Shown here piece by piece: positions 50,903 to 59,629 of a stretch of 64,000 nt of DNA. The translations under genes were made by a program, and so were the position numbers. Positions within the stretch are counted from its first letter, which is position 1. Every line of letters begins with the position of its first letter. Origin of the DNA: an uncultured Chloroflexia bacterium (GTDB lineage: Bacteria > Chloroflexota > Limnocylindria > Limnocylindrales > CSP1-4); the NCBI GenBank assembly GCA_963777975.1, contig CAVZSO010000003.1, positions 9,111-73,110 on the forward strand. The letters are read 5' to 3'. The notes beneath the pieces are model-generated. The model had not been told where the DNA came from and searched no databases. It worked only from the letters and a program-made list of their open reading frames with translations.

Positions 50903-52012
50903 ATGAAGATCAGCGCCATCCGACTGCAGCGCCTGCGGGTGCCCCTCGAGCCGCCCTTCCCAGCCGCCTGGGATCCCGTGCCGCGGACGAGCTTCGCCGT
51001 GACGCTCGTGCGGGTCGAGACCGACGAGGGCGTGGTCGGTGTCGGATCGGGCGACACGATGGATGGCTTCGAGGCCTTCGAGCACCTCTTCCTGGACCAG
51101 GATCCGCTGGCCATCGCGCGCCATGTGCGCGTCATCGAGACGATCGACTTCCATGCCGGCCGCTTCTGGCCGCTGGAGGTCGCGCTGTGGGACATCGCCG
51201 GCCAGGTCGCCGGCCTGCCGGTGGCCACGCTCTTCGGCGGCGCCATCGACGCTATCCCGGCCTATGCCTCGTGCGGCGTGCTGCGGCCGGCATCCGAGCG
51301 CGCCGAGGCCGCGCTGCGACTCCGTGAAGAGGGCTTCCGCGCGGTCAAGATCCGCATCGATCCGCGCCACCTCGAGGAGGGCCTGGCGGCCGTCGTGGCG
51401 ACCCGCGCGGCGGTCGGCGAGACGATGGCCATCATGGTCGACCTCAACCAGGGCTGGCGGATGGCCGGTGACACGAGCGCGTCGCTCGACCCGGTCGCCG
51501 CCAGACGGATCGCCACCCTGCTGGCCGAGCACGGCGTGCTGTGGGTCGAGGAGCCGCTGCTGGGCACGGACCTGCGCGGGCTGGCCGCCCTGCGCGCGAC
51601 CGCACCCTGGATCCGCGTCGCCGGCGGCGAGATGACGCGGACCTTCGCCGAGTCGCTGGCGGCGCTCGATGCGGACGCCTTCGACGTCTATCAGCCCGAT
51701 GCCGTCCTGGCGGCAGGCATGCTCCGCACGCGCACGGTGGGTGAGCTGGCCCTGGCCCGCAATCGCTGGTTCACGCCGCACACCTGGACGAACGGGATCG
51801 GGTTGCTGGCCAATCTCCACGTCGCGGCCGGCGTCGGCGGCGGCCCCTTCATCGAGTTCCCCTACGATCCGCCCGACTGGACGCCCGAGCGTCGGGACGC
51901 CTTCCTGGCCGAGCCCATCCGACCCGATAGCGAAGGGCTGCTCCACGTCCCGGCTCATCCTGGCATCGGCGCGGTCCTCGATGAGGCGGCCATCACGAGG
52001 TACGCAGCGTGA
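50903..52012 (+). CDS. Enolase-superfamily enzyme (mandelate racemase subgroup)
   Basis: VKIR, metal ligands DLNQ / WVEEP / GGE, QPD and PH(TW). Confidence 0.9.
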   Translation: MKISAIRLQRLRVPLEPPFPAAWDPVPRTSFAVTLVRVETDEGVVGVGSGDTMDGFEAFEHLFLDQDPLAIARHVRVIETIDFHAGRFWPLEVALWDIAGQVAGLPVATLFGGAIDAIPAYASCGVLRPASERAEAALRLREEGFRAVKIRIDPRHLEEGLAAVVATRAAVGETMAIMVDLNQGWRMAGDTSASLDPVAARRIATLLAEHGVLWVEEPLLGTDLRGLAALRATAPWIRVAGGEMTRTFAESLAALDADAFDVYQPDAVLAAGMLRTRTVGELALARNRWFTPHTWTNGIGLLANLHVAAGVGGGPFIEFPYDPPDWTPERRDAFLAEPIRPDSEGLLHVPAHPGIGAVLDEAAITRYAA

Positions 52013-53517
52013 CGACGCAGGCGCTCACGGCCAGCGACTGGATCGCGCGGGCGGCCGCCGTCAACCCGGCCGCCGACATGTTCATCGATGGTCGTCAGCA
52101 GCCGGCCGCCAGCGGCCAGACCTACGCAGACATCGCCGGTCGTGACGGCTCGGTCATCGGGCAGGTCGCCGAGGGCGGTCTCGAGGATGTCGATCGAGCG
52201 GTCCGTGCGGCACGAACGGCATTCGACGACGGCCGCTGGTCGGATCAGACGCCTGACGAGCGGAAGGTCGTCATGCTCCGCCTGGCCGACCTGATCCGCG
52301 AGCATCTCGACGAGCTGGCCCTGCTCGAGGCGCTCGACGGCGGCAAGCCGATCCGCGACACGCTCACCGTCGACGTGCCCTCGGCGGCGACGACCTTCCA
52401 GTGGTTCGCCGAGTGCATCGACAAGGTCTACGGCCAGGTCGGGCCGACCGGACCGGGCGCCCTGTCGCTGGTCACCCGCGAGCCGATCGGCGTGGTCGCC
52501 GCCATCGTGCCCTGGAACTACCCGCTCATCATCACCGCCTGGAAGGTCGGCGCAGCCCTGGCGACGGGCAACAGCGTCGTCTTGAAGCCCGCCTCGCAGA
52601 CGCCGCTGACGGCCCTCCGCCTGGCCGAGCTGGCCATCGAGGCCGGGCTGCCGGAAGGCGTCCTCAACGTCGTCACGGGACCCGGCGCGGTGGTCGGATC
52701 CGCCCTGGCGCGGCATCCAGGCGTCGACAAGGTCGCGTTCACCGGGTCGACGGAGGTCGCCCGCTCCCTGATGCGCGACATCGGCGAGACCGACATCAAG
52801 GTCATCACCCTCGAGCTCGGCGGCAAGAGCCCGCAGGTCGTGCTGGCCGACTGTGGCGACCTCGAGGTGGCGGCCTCGGCCATCGCGCTCGGCATCTTCT
52901 ACAACAGCGGCCAGACCTGCAACGCCGGCTCGCGACTGGTCGTCCATCGCAGCGTCCGCGAGGAGCTCGTCGAGCGCATCGCCGCGCTCGGCCGCGAGAT
53001 GGCACCCGGCGAGCCGCTCGATCCCGAGACCCGCCTGGGCGCCATGATCGATGCCCGGCAGCTCGACAAGGTCCTCGGCTACGTCGACCTCGGCGTGCGC
53101 GAGGGGGCGAGGATCGCCAGCGGCGGGCAACAGGTCCGGACCGAGACCGGTGGCTTCTACATCGAGCCGACGGTCCTCGACGGCGTCGACAACCGTTGGC
53201 GCGTGGCCCGCGAGGAGATCTTCGGGCCCGTGCTGACCGTGACCGAGTTCGAGGACGAGGCGGACGCACTGGCCATCGCCAATGACACGCCCTATGGACT
53301 GGCGGCCGGGATCTGGACGCGCGACCTCAACCGGGCGCATCGGCTCGCGCGCGCCATCCGGGCCGGGGTGGTCTGGGTCAACACCTTCGACACCAGCGAC
53401 ATCACGGTCCCCTTCGGCGGCTATAAGCAGTCGGGCTTCGGGCGCGACCAGTCGATCCACGCGCTCGATGGCTACACCCAGCTCAAGACGACCTGGTTCG
53501 ACCTCTCCGAGGGATGA
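52009..53517 (+). CDS. Aldehyde dehydrogenase (PuuC-like amino-aldehyde dehydrogenase)
   Basis: VPWNYP, FTGST, LELGGKSP, GQTCNAG, EEIFGPV; start overlaps the upstream stop. Confidence 0.95.
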   Translation: MTTQALTASDWIARAAAVNPAADMFIDGRQQPAASGQTYADIAGRDGSVIGQVAEGGLEDVDRAVRAARTAFDDGRWSDQTPDERKVVMLRLADLIREHLDELALLEALDGGKPIRDTLTVDVPSAATTFQWFAECIDKVYGQVGPTGPGALSLVTREPIGVVAAIVPWNYPLIITAWKVGAALATGNSVVLKPASQTPLTALRLAELAIEAGLPEGVLNVVTGPGAVVGSALARHPGVDKVAFTGSTEVARSLMRDIGETDIKVITLELGGKSPQVVLADCGDLEVAASAIALGIFYNSGQTCNAGSRLVVHRSVREELVERIAALGREMAPGEPLDPETRLGAMIDARQLDKVLGYVDLGVREGARIASGGQQVRTETGGFYIEPTVLDGVDNRWRVAREEIFGPVLTVTEFEDEADALAIANDTPYGLAAGIWTRDLNRAHRLARAIRAGVVWVNTFDTSDITVPFGGYKQSGFGRDQSIHALDGYTQLKTTWFDLSEG

Positions 53518-53524
53518 GCCGACG

Positions 53525-55090
53525 ATGACCGACGATCGGCCGCTGACAGAGGCGGAGCCGGCCCATCGCCGCCGGGGCGGCCGCGAGACCGGTCCCCGGA
53601 GCCGGCTGCCGGAGCAGCCCGCCTGGGCGCAGCTGCGCCTCCCATATCGCCCGACGGAGGTCCTCTCGGCCGACGAGCTGGAGTCGATCCACCTCGCCTC
53701 GCTCCAGGTGCTCGAAGAGATCGGCATGGACTTCCTGGAGCCGGAGTCGCGCGACCTGCTGGTCGCCGCCGGCGCGACGGTCGACCCGGGTACGCAGCGC
53801 GTCCACTTCGACCGTGCCTTCGTCCTCGAACGGATCACGACGGCGCCGGCGACGTTCACGCTGCATGCCACCAACCCGGACCACGACCTGTTCATCGGCG
53901 GTGACCGCGTGGCCTTCGGCTCGGTGGCCAGCGCGCCCAACGTCTTCTCGGCCGATGGCGGGCGACGGGTCGGCAACCGGGCCGACTACCAGGACCTCAT
54001 CCGGCTGCTCCAGATGCTCAACGTCGTCCACTTCTTCGCCGGCTATCCGGTCGAGCCGATCGATCTCCATCCGTCCGTCCGCCACCTGTACGCCGTTCAC
54101 GACCTGTTGACCCTGGCCGACAAGCCGATCCACGCCTACTCGCTCGGTCGACAGCGGAACATCGACGCCCTGGAGATGGTGCGCATCGCACGCGGCATCG
54201 ATGACGCAACGCTCGAGCGTGAGCCGTCGATCTTCACGGTCATCAACTCCAGCTCGCCGCTGCGCCTCGACACGCCGATGCTGCAGGGCATCCTCGAGTA
54301 CTCGCGGCGCAACCAGGTCATCGTCATGACGCCCTTCACGCTGGCCGGCGCGATGGCGCCCGTGACCCTGGCCGGGGCGCTCGTCGAGCAGAACGCCGAG
54401 GCGCTGGCGGGCATGGTCCTGACCCAGGTCGTGCGACCCGGCTCGCCGGTCGTCTACGGCGGCTTCACCAGCAACGTCGACATGCAGTCGGGGGCGCCGG
54501 CGTTCGGCACCCCGGAGTACATGCGCACGGCGATGGTCGGCGGCCAGCTGGCCCGCCGCTACAACGTGCCCTACCGCTCGTCGAACGTCTGCGCCGCCAA
54601 CGCCATCGACGCCCAGGCGGCCTACGAGAGCGTCTTCTCGCTGTGGGGCGCGATCATGGGTGGGGTCAACCTGCTGATGCACGGCGCGGGCTGGATGGAG
54701 GGTGGCCTCCACGCCGGCTTCGAGAAGGTCATCCTCGATGCCGAGCTGCTGGGCATGGTCGCCGCCTTCCTCGAGCCGCCGGTGGTGGACGAGGAGACCC
54801 TCGGCCTCGACGCCATGCGCGAGGTCGGCCCCGGCGGCCACTTCTTCGGTGCCGCCCACACGCAGGCCCGGTACCGCACGGCCTTCCACAAGCCGATGCT
54901 CAGCGACTGGCGCAACTGGGAATCCTGGGAGGAAGCCGGCAGCCCGCAGGCGTATGGCAAGGCCAACGGCATCTGGAAGGAGCTGCTGGCGGCATATCAG
55001 CCACCGGCCATGGATCCAGCCATCCGCGAGGAGCTGGATTCGTTCGTCGCACGGCGCGTGGCCGAGGGCGGCGTCCCGACCGACTACTAG
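53525..55090 (+). CDS. Non-pyrrolysine trimethylamine methyltransferase (MttB) superfamily protein
   Basis: SLQVLEEIG, NSSSPLRLD, AGAMAPVTLAGAL, PGSPVVYG, GAPAFGTPE, VPYRSS, HGAGWMEGGL; no in-frame amber codon. Confidence 0.93.
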   Translation: MTDDRPLTEAEPAHRRRGGRETGPRSRLPEQPAWAQLRLPYRPTEVLSADELESIHLASLQVLEEIGMDFLEPESRDLLVAAGATVDPGTQRVHFDRAFVLERITTAPATFTLHATNPDHDLFIGGDRVAFGSVASAPNVFSADGGRRVGNRADYQDLIRLLQMLNVVHFFAGYPVEPIDLHPSVRHLYAVHDLLTLADKPIHAYSLGRQRNIDALEMVRIARGIDDATLEREPSIFTVINSSSPLRLDTPMLQGILEYSRRNQVIVMTPFTLAGAMAPVTLAGALVEQNAEALAGMVLTQVVRPGSPVVYGGFTSNVDMQSGAPAFGTPEYMRTAMVGGQLARRYNVPYRSSNVCAANAIDAQAAYESVFSLWGAIMGGVNLLMHGAGWMEGGLHAGFEKVILDAELLGMVAAFLEPPVVDEETLGLDAMREVGPGGHFFGAAHTQARYRTAFHKPMLSDWRNWESWEEAGSPQAYGKANGIWKELLAAYQPPAMDPAIREELDSFVARRVAEGGVPTDY

Positions 55091-55178
55091 GCCGGTCCCA
55101 AGTCGACATCGTGTCGCTGGCCGAACTAGTCCGAACGGCGGTCTTGTTGGCCTGGACCAGTGGCACGAGAATGGGACC

Positions 55179-55406
55179 ATGAGCGACTTCGTCTACCCCT
55201 GCTACAGCTGCGGCGCCCTGCTGCGGCCAGCGGACATCGTCGTGCGAACCGTGAAGGTCGACCGCCGAGAGGATGTCTCCGGCGAGAAGGTCGAGCAGTG
55301 GTTGGTCGGCGAGTGGTTCCACGCGAAGTGCTGGGACCACTTCGGCGGGCCGCCGTTCGATGAAGTCGCGCGCGGCCCGCTGTCGGAGGTCCAGGACCAG
55401 GCCTGA
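55179..55406 (+). CDS. 75-aa putative zinc-binding protein
   Basis: MSDFVYPCYSC...WFHAKCW (CxxC...HxxC). Confidence 0.7.
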   Translation: MSDFVYPCYSCGALLRPADIVVRTVKVDRREDVSGEKVEQWLVGEWFHAKCWDHFGGPPFDEVARGPLSEVQDQA

Positions 55407-55638
55407 GCGGCCCGCGGGGCGTCGCCGTCGGGCAAACGAGGCCGGCAGATCTGAGCGGACGGCGTGGTCGGCGCGTGCTGAGATCCGATCGTCCAGCGGC
55501 CGACGTATGGGGAGTGTCAGCCGTCGTGGCCGCGAGCCGCGTGCTGGGGAACTTCGAGCACACGGTGGTGGCCGCGAGCCATTCGGCGTCGGGCGATGCC
55601 CCGGCCGGACCACCTCACCTGTTCACGGAGGTTCCCCG

Positions 55639-55923
55639 ATGACACGGAGACTGATCGCCATCACGAGCGGCCTGTTGCTCGCCGTCGCCCTGGTCGCAGG
55701 GCCAGTCGCTGCCGGCAACCCAAGCGGTACTGGCCAGCCGGGTGCCGAGTGCGGCGCTGAAGGCGCGACCATGGAGCCCAACGGATTCTCCTCGGGCGGT
55801 TTCGCGAACGCCGAAGCGCACTACGCGGGCAGCGACGGGACGGCCTCGCTGGCGCATGCAGCCAGCGCTCATGCCGTCTCGCAGTACGACGTGGCCTGCT
55901 TCCAGGTGACCCAGCACCACTAG
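55639..55923 (+). CDS. Small secreted protein with two cysteines
   Basis: SD GGAGG; signal peptide ending AGPVAA; GQPGAEC...VSQYDVACFQ. Confidence 0.75.
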   Translation: MTRRLIAITSGLLLAVALVAGPVAAGNPSGTGQPGAECGAEGATMEPNGFSSGGFANAEAHYAGSDGTASLAHAASAHAVSQYDVACFQVTQHH

Positions 55924-56000
55924 ATCGCTCGCCTGATCTGCCAGACAGGCGGCCTATCGACCCGCCGTCGGGCCTCGCCCGACGGCAAGGAGGTCCCAAG

Positions 56001-56442
56001 GTGAGCGACACGACCCTGTACGAGCGACTCGGCGGCGTCTTTGCCATCGCGGCGGTGGTCGACCACTTCAGCGACGCGATCGTCAAGAACCCGATCGTCG
56101 GTCAGGACTCGAAGAACGCCGGCCTGAGGGAGTGGCACACCCAGCAGCTGGGCAGATTGCCCGGGCCTCAAGTGGATGCGGACCCTGTGGGTCTGCAACG
56201 TCGCCGGCGGACCGTTCGAGTACGTGGGCACGAAACCAGGCAGCACACCCGTCGGACTGGAAGAGGCCCATCGCCGGTTTCACATCTCCCCGGAGGAGTT
56301 CGATGAGGTCGCGGCGGAACTCGGCCGGACGCTCGACCATTTCAAGGTGCCGCAAGCGGAGAAGGACGAGGTCATCGGTGCGTTCGCGGCGCACAAGAAG
56401 GAAGTGACCGAGGGGTTCTTTGCTCCGGCCGGGGCGCCATAG
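56001..56442 (+). CDS. Group 1 truncated haemoglobin (frameshift near 56160)
   Basis: TLYERLGG...IAAVVDHF, GGP..Y.G, LEEAH (proximal His), ISPEEFD; SD AAGGAGG. Confidence 0.88.
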
Positions 56443-56460
56443 TCGACGCCTCGCTCTCGG

Positions 56461-57042
56461 CTACCAGAAGCGTCCGTCAGCCTTGATCGTCAGCGGCCCG
56501 TCGACGTCGAGCGGTGGCGTGCGCGCCAGGCGAAGCACGAAGACGCCCTCCTCGTCGGGTGTCGACACCAGCCCGCCGTCCGTCTGCGCGGCCCGAGCGC
56601 CCCGCCAGCGCTCCCAGCCCAAGGGCTCGTAGAAGCCGCGCAGCTCGGATTCGAGAGCGCCGATCTCGTACCCGTCGACGTCGGCGGCCTGCGCGAGCCT
56701 GCGCATGACGGCGCCGCCGATCCCCTGGTGCTGGTGTGTCGGTGCCGTCGCAACGGCGTCCACGTAGGCGCAGCGGAGGAACGGCAGCCCGCCGGGTCGC
56801 AGCCAGCGGGTCGTGGTCACGGCGTGGCCGACCACCTCGTCGTCGACGGCCGCGATGACGTGAAGACCATCCGGCGGCAGCATGGAGAACAGCTCGCCGA
56901 AGTCGACACCATGCGCCTCCGAGCAAAGGTCGACGATGGCGCCTCGTTGCGCGGGGCTGAGGTCGGACGTCCGGACTGTGGCGATCCGCAGTCGGTCGGG
57001 GCCACCGACACCGGACGACACGGGCTCGCTCTGCCGCTCCAT
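56461..57042 (-). CDS. GNAT acetyltransferase resembling aminoglycoside 2'-N-acetyltransferases
   Basis: VVGHA...R, AYVDAVAT.P.HQHQGIG, FYEPLGWERWRG, PLDVDGPL. Confidence 0.8.
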   Translation of the reverse strand: MERQSEPVSSGVGGPDRLRIATVRTSDLSPAQRGAIVDLCSEAHGVDFGELFSMLPPDGLHVIAAVDDEVVGHAVTTTRWLRPGGLPFLRCAYVDAVATAPTHQHQGIGGAVMRRLAQAADVDGYEIGALESELRGFYEPLGWERWRGARAAQTDGGLVSTPDEEGVFVLRLARTPPLDVDGPLTIKADGRFW

Positions 57043-57160
57043 GCGCTGCCCTCCCCGTCGACCGACGCCCCGTTCTGACATCCTACGCGCAGGCGGTCGG
57101 CGCGATGGCATCGGGGCACGCGTGCCGGTCGGACCGCTTCGCCAGTGAGGATCGAGGCTG

Positions 57161-59629
57161 TTGAAGTCGGACACCCGGGTCGTCGTCATCGGCGGCGGCG
57201 TCGTCGGCGCCAGCGTCCTGTACCACCTGACCAAGCTGGGCTGGACGGACGTCGTGCTCCTCGAGCGTCGCGAGCTGACGGCCGGCTCCACCTGGCACGC
57301 CGCGGGCGGCATGCACACGCTCAACGGCGACCCGAACGTCGCCCGGCTCCAGCAATACACCATCCAGCTGTACGAGGAGATCGAGCGGGCCAGCGGCCAG
57401 GACTGCTCGATCCACCTGCCTGGCGGCCTGATGCTCGCCGACACCGAGGTGCGCATGGACTTCCTGCGCATGGCCCAGGCCCGGGGGCGTTACCTGGGCA
57501 TGGAGCTCGACCTCATCTCGGCGACCGAGGCGCGCGATCTCTTCCCGCTGCTCGATCCGAAGTTCTTCGTGGGCGCGCTGTACGACCCGGTCGAGGGCCA
57601 CGTCGACCCGACCGGCGTTACCCGCGCATACGTGAGATGCGCGCAACTAGCGGGCGCGGAGGTCCACCAACAGACGCCGGTCGTCGGGCTCGCCCAGCGC
57701 CCCGACGGCACCTGGGACGTACGACTCGAGAGCGGGGACTCGATCCACGCCGAGCACGTCGTCAACTGCGGCGGCCTGTGGGCCCGAGAGGTCGGTCGGA
57801 TGGTCGGGCTGGAGCTCCCGGTGCTGGCCATGGAGCACATGTACCTGCTGACCGAGCCGATGGCGGAGGTCGCCGACTACGTCGCCCGGACCGGTCACGA
57901 GATGCCCATGGCGCTCGACTTCTCGGGCGAGATCTACATCCGCCAGGAGGGCGGCGCGATGCTCCTTGGCACCTATGAGCAGGCGTGCGTGCCGTGGTCG
58001 CCGAAGCAGACGCCCTGGGACTTCGGCTCGCAGCTGCTGACGCCTGACCTGCAGCGCATCACACCCGAGCTGCAGGTCGCCTTCGCGCACTACCCGGCCA
58101 TGGGGACGATCGGCATCAAGAAGGTCGTCAACGGGCCCTTCACCTTCTCGCCCGATGGCAACCCGCTGGTCGGCCCGATCCGCGGCCTGCGCGGCTACTG
58201 GGTCGCCTGCGGCGTGATGGCCGGCCTCTCGCAGGGCGGTGGCGTCGGTCTCGCCCTGGCGACCTGGATGGCGGCCGGCGACGACGGCGACAGCGGCATG
58301 GACATCTGGGCCATGGATGTCGCTCGCTACGGCGACTACGCCACGCTCGGCTACACCAACGCCAAGGTCCAGGAGAACTACCGCCGCCGCTTCCGCATCA
58401 CCTTCCCCAACGAGGAGCTGCCCGCCGCCCGGCCGCTGCTCACGACGCCCATCCGCGACCGACTGACGGCCGCCAACGCGGTCTGGGGGGCGACCTTCGG
58501 GCTGGAGCATGCGCTCTGGTTCCAGGCGCCCGGCAAGGAGCCGCGCGAGGACGTCACCTTCCGCCGCTCGAACGCCTGGGACCAGGTCGCGGGCGAGGTG
58601 GCCGCGGTGCGCGAGGGCGCCGGCATGACCGAGATCTCCAACTACGCCAAGTACCGCGTCAGTGGGATGGGCGCGGAAGGGTGGCTGTCCTCGCTGTTGA
58701 CGGCGCGCATGCCGGCCGTCGGACGGATCACGCTGACGGCCATGCTCAACGACCAGGGGCGGATCGTCGGCGAGTTCACCGTCGCCCGCCCGACCGACGA
58801 CGAGACGTTCTACCTCTTCGGCTCCCTGCCCGCCGAGGTCCACCACTCGCGCTGGTTCCGCCACCACCTGCCGAGCGACGGCGGCGTCACGTTCGAGGTC
58901 CTTGGCCTTGGCCTGACCGGCCTGTCCGTGGCCGGCCCCCGGTCGCGCGACGTCCTGTCGGCGGTGGCACCCGACCTCGACCTCTCGACGGCGGCGTTCC
59001 CGTTCATGACGTTCCGCCAGGTGGACATGGGCATGATCCCGGTCCACCTGGGCCGTATCAACTACGCCGGCGATCTCGGCTACGAGCTGTGGGTCGCGCC
59101 GGAGTACCAGTCCGTCCTGTTCGACCGGATCGTGGCCGCCGGCGAGCCGCACGGGCTCCGACTCTTCGGCATGCGCGCGCTCATGTCGCTGCGGCTCGAG
59201 AAGAGCTACGGGACCTGGTTCCGCGAGTACCGCCCGATCTACACGCCGCTCGAGGCGGGCATCACTCGCTACCTCCGCCTCGATCACGAGTTCATCGGTC
59301 GCGCCGCCCATGAGGCCGAGCTGGCCGCCGGCGGCCCGAAGCGACGGCTGTGCGCGTTCGTGGTCGAGCCGGACCCCGACGATCCGGCCGATGTCATCGG
59401 CGACGAGCCGATCTGGCACGACGGCGCCGTCGTCGGCTGGGTCACCTCGGGCGGATACGGGCATCACGTCAAGCGGTCCATCGCCCTTGGCTATGTCCCG
59501 ACCGAGCTCTCGACGCCGGACGGGCCGGGCGGCCCGGGCTTCGAGATCGAGATCATCGGTCGGCGCCGGCCGGCGCGCCTCCAGCCCGAGCCGCTCTTCG
59601 ACCCGCAGGGCCTGCGGATGCGGCAGTGA
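57161..59629 (+). CDS. Dimethylglycine/sarcosine dehydrogenase family (FAD oxidoreductase + GcvT)
   Basis: GGGVVG, STWHAAG (covalent FAD His), NGPFTFSPDGNP, C-terminal GcvT, SLRLEK. Confidence 0.95.
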   Translation: MKSDTRVVVIGGGVVGASVLYHLTKLGWTDVVLLERRELTAGSTWHAAGGMHTLNGDPNVARLQQYTIQLYEEIERASGQDCSIHLPGGLMLADTEVRMDFLRMAQARGRYLGMELDLISATEARDLFPLLDPKFFVGALYDPVEGHVDPTGVTRAYVRCAQLAGAEVHQQTPVVGLAQRPDGTWDVRLESGDSIHAEHVVNCGGLWAREVGRMVGLELPVLAMEHMYLLTEPMAEVADYVARTGHEMPMALDFSGEIYIRQEGGAMLLGTYEQACVPWSPKQTPWDFGSQLLTPDLQRITPELQVAFAHYPAMGTIGIKKVVNGPFTFSPDGNPLVGPIRGLRGYWVACGVMAGLSQGGGVGLALATWMAAGDDGDSGMDIWAMDVARYGDYATLGYTNAKVQENYRRRFRITFPNEELPAARPLLTTPIRDRLTAANAVWGATFGLEHALWFQAPGKEPREDVTFRRSNAWDQVAGEVAAVREGAGMTEISNYAKYRVSGMGAEGWLSSLLTARMPAVGRITLTAMLNDQGRIVGEFTVARPTDDETFYLFGSLPAEVHHSRWFRHHLPSDGGVTFEVLGLGLTGLSVAGPRSRDVLSAVAPDLDLSTAAFPFMTFRQVDMGMIPVHLGRINYAGDLGYELWVAPEYQSVLFDRIVAAGEPHGLRLFGMRALMSLRLEKSYGTWFREYRPIYTPLEAGITRYLRLDHEFIGRAAHEAELAAGGPKRRLCAFVVEPDPDDPADVIGDEPIWHDGAVVGWVTSGGYGHHVKRSIALGYVPTELSTPDGPGGPGFEIEIIGRRRPARLQPEPLFDPQGLRMRQ

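Noticed and set aside
53525-55090. Pyrrolysine recoding in MttB
   Set aside because: The ORF is continuous without an in-frame TAG and no pyl genes are present.
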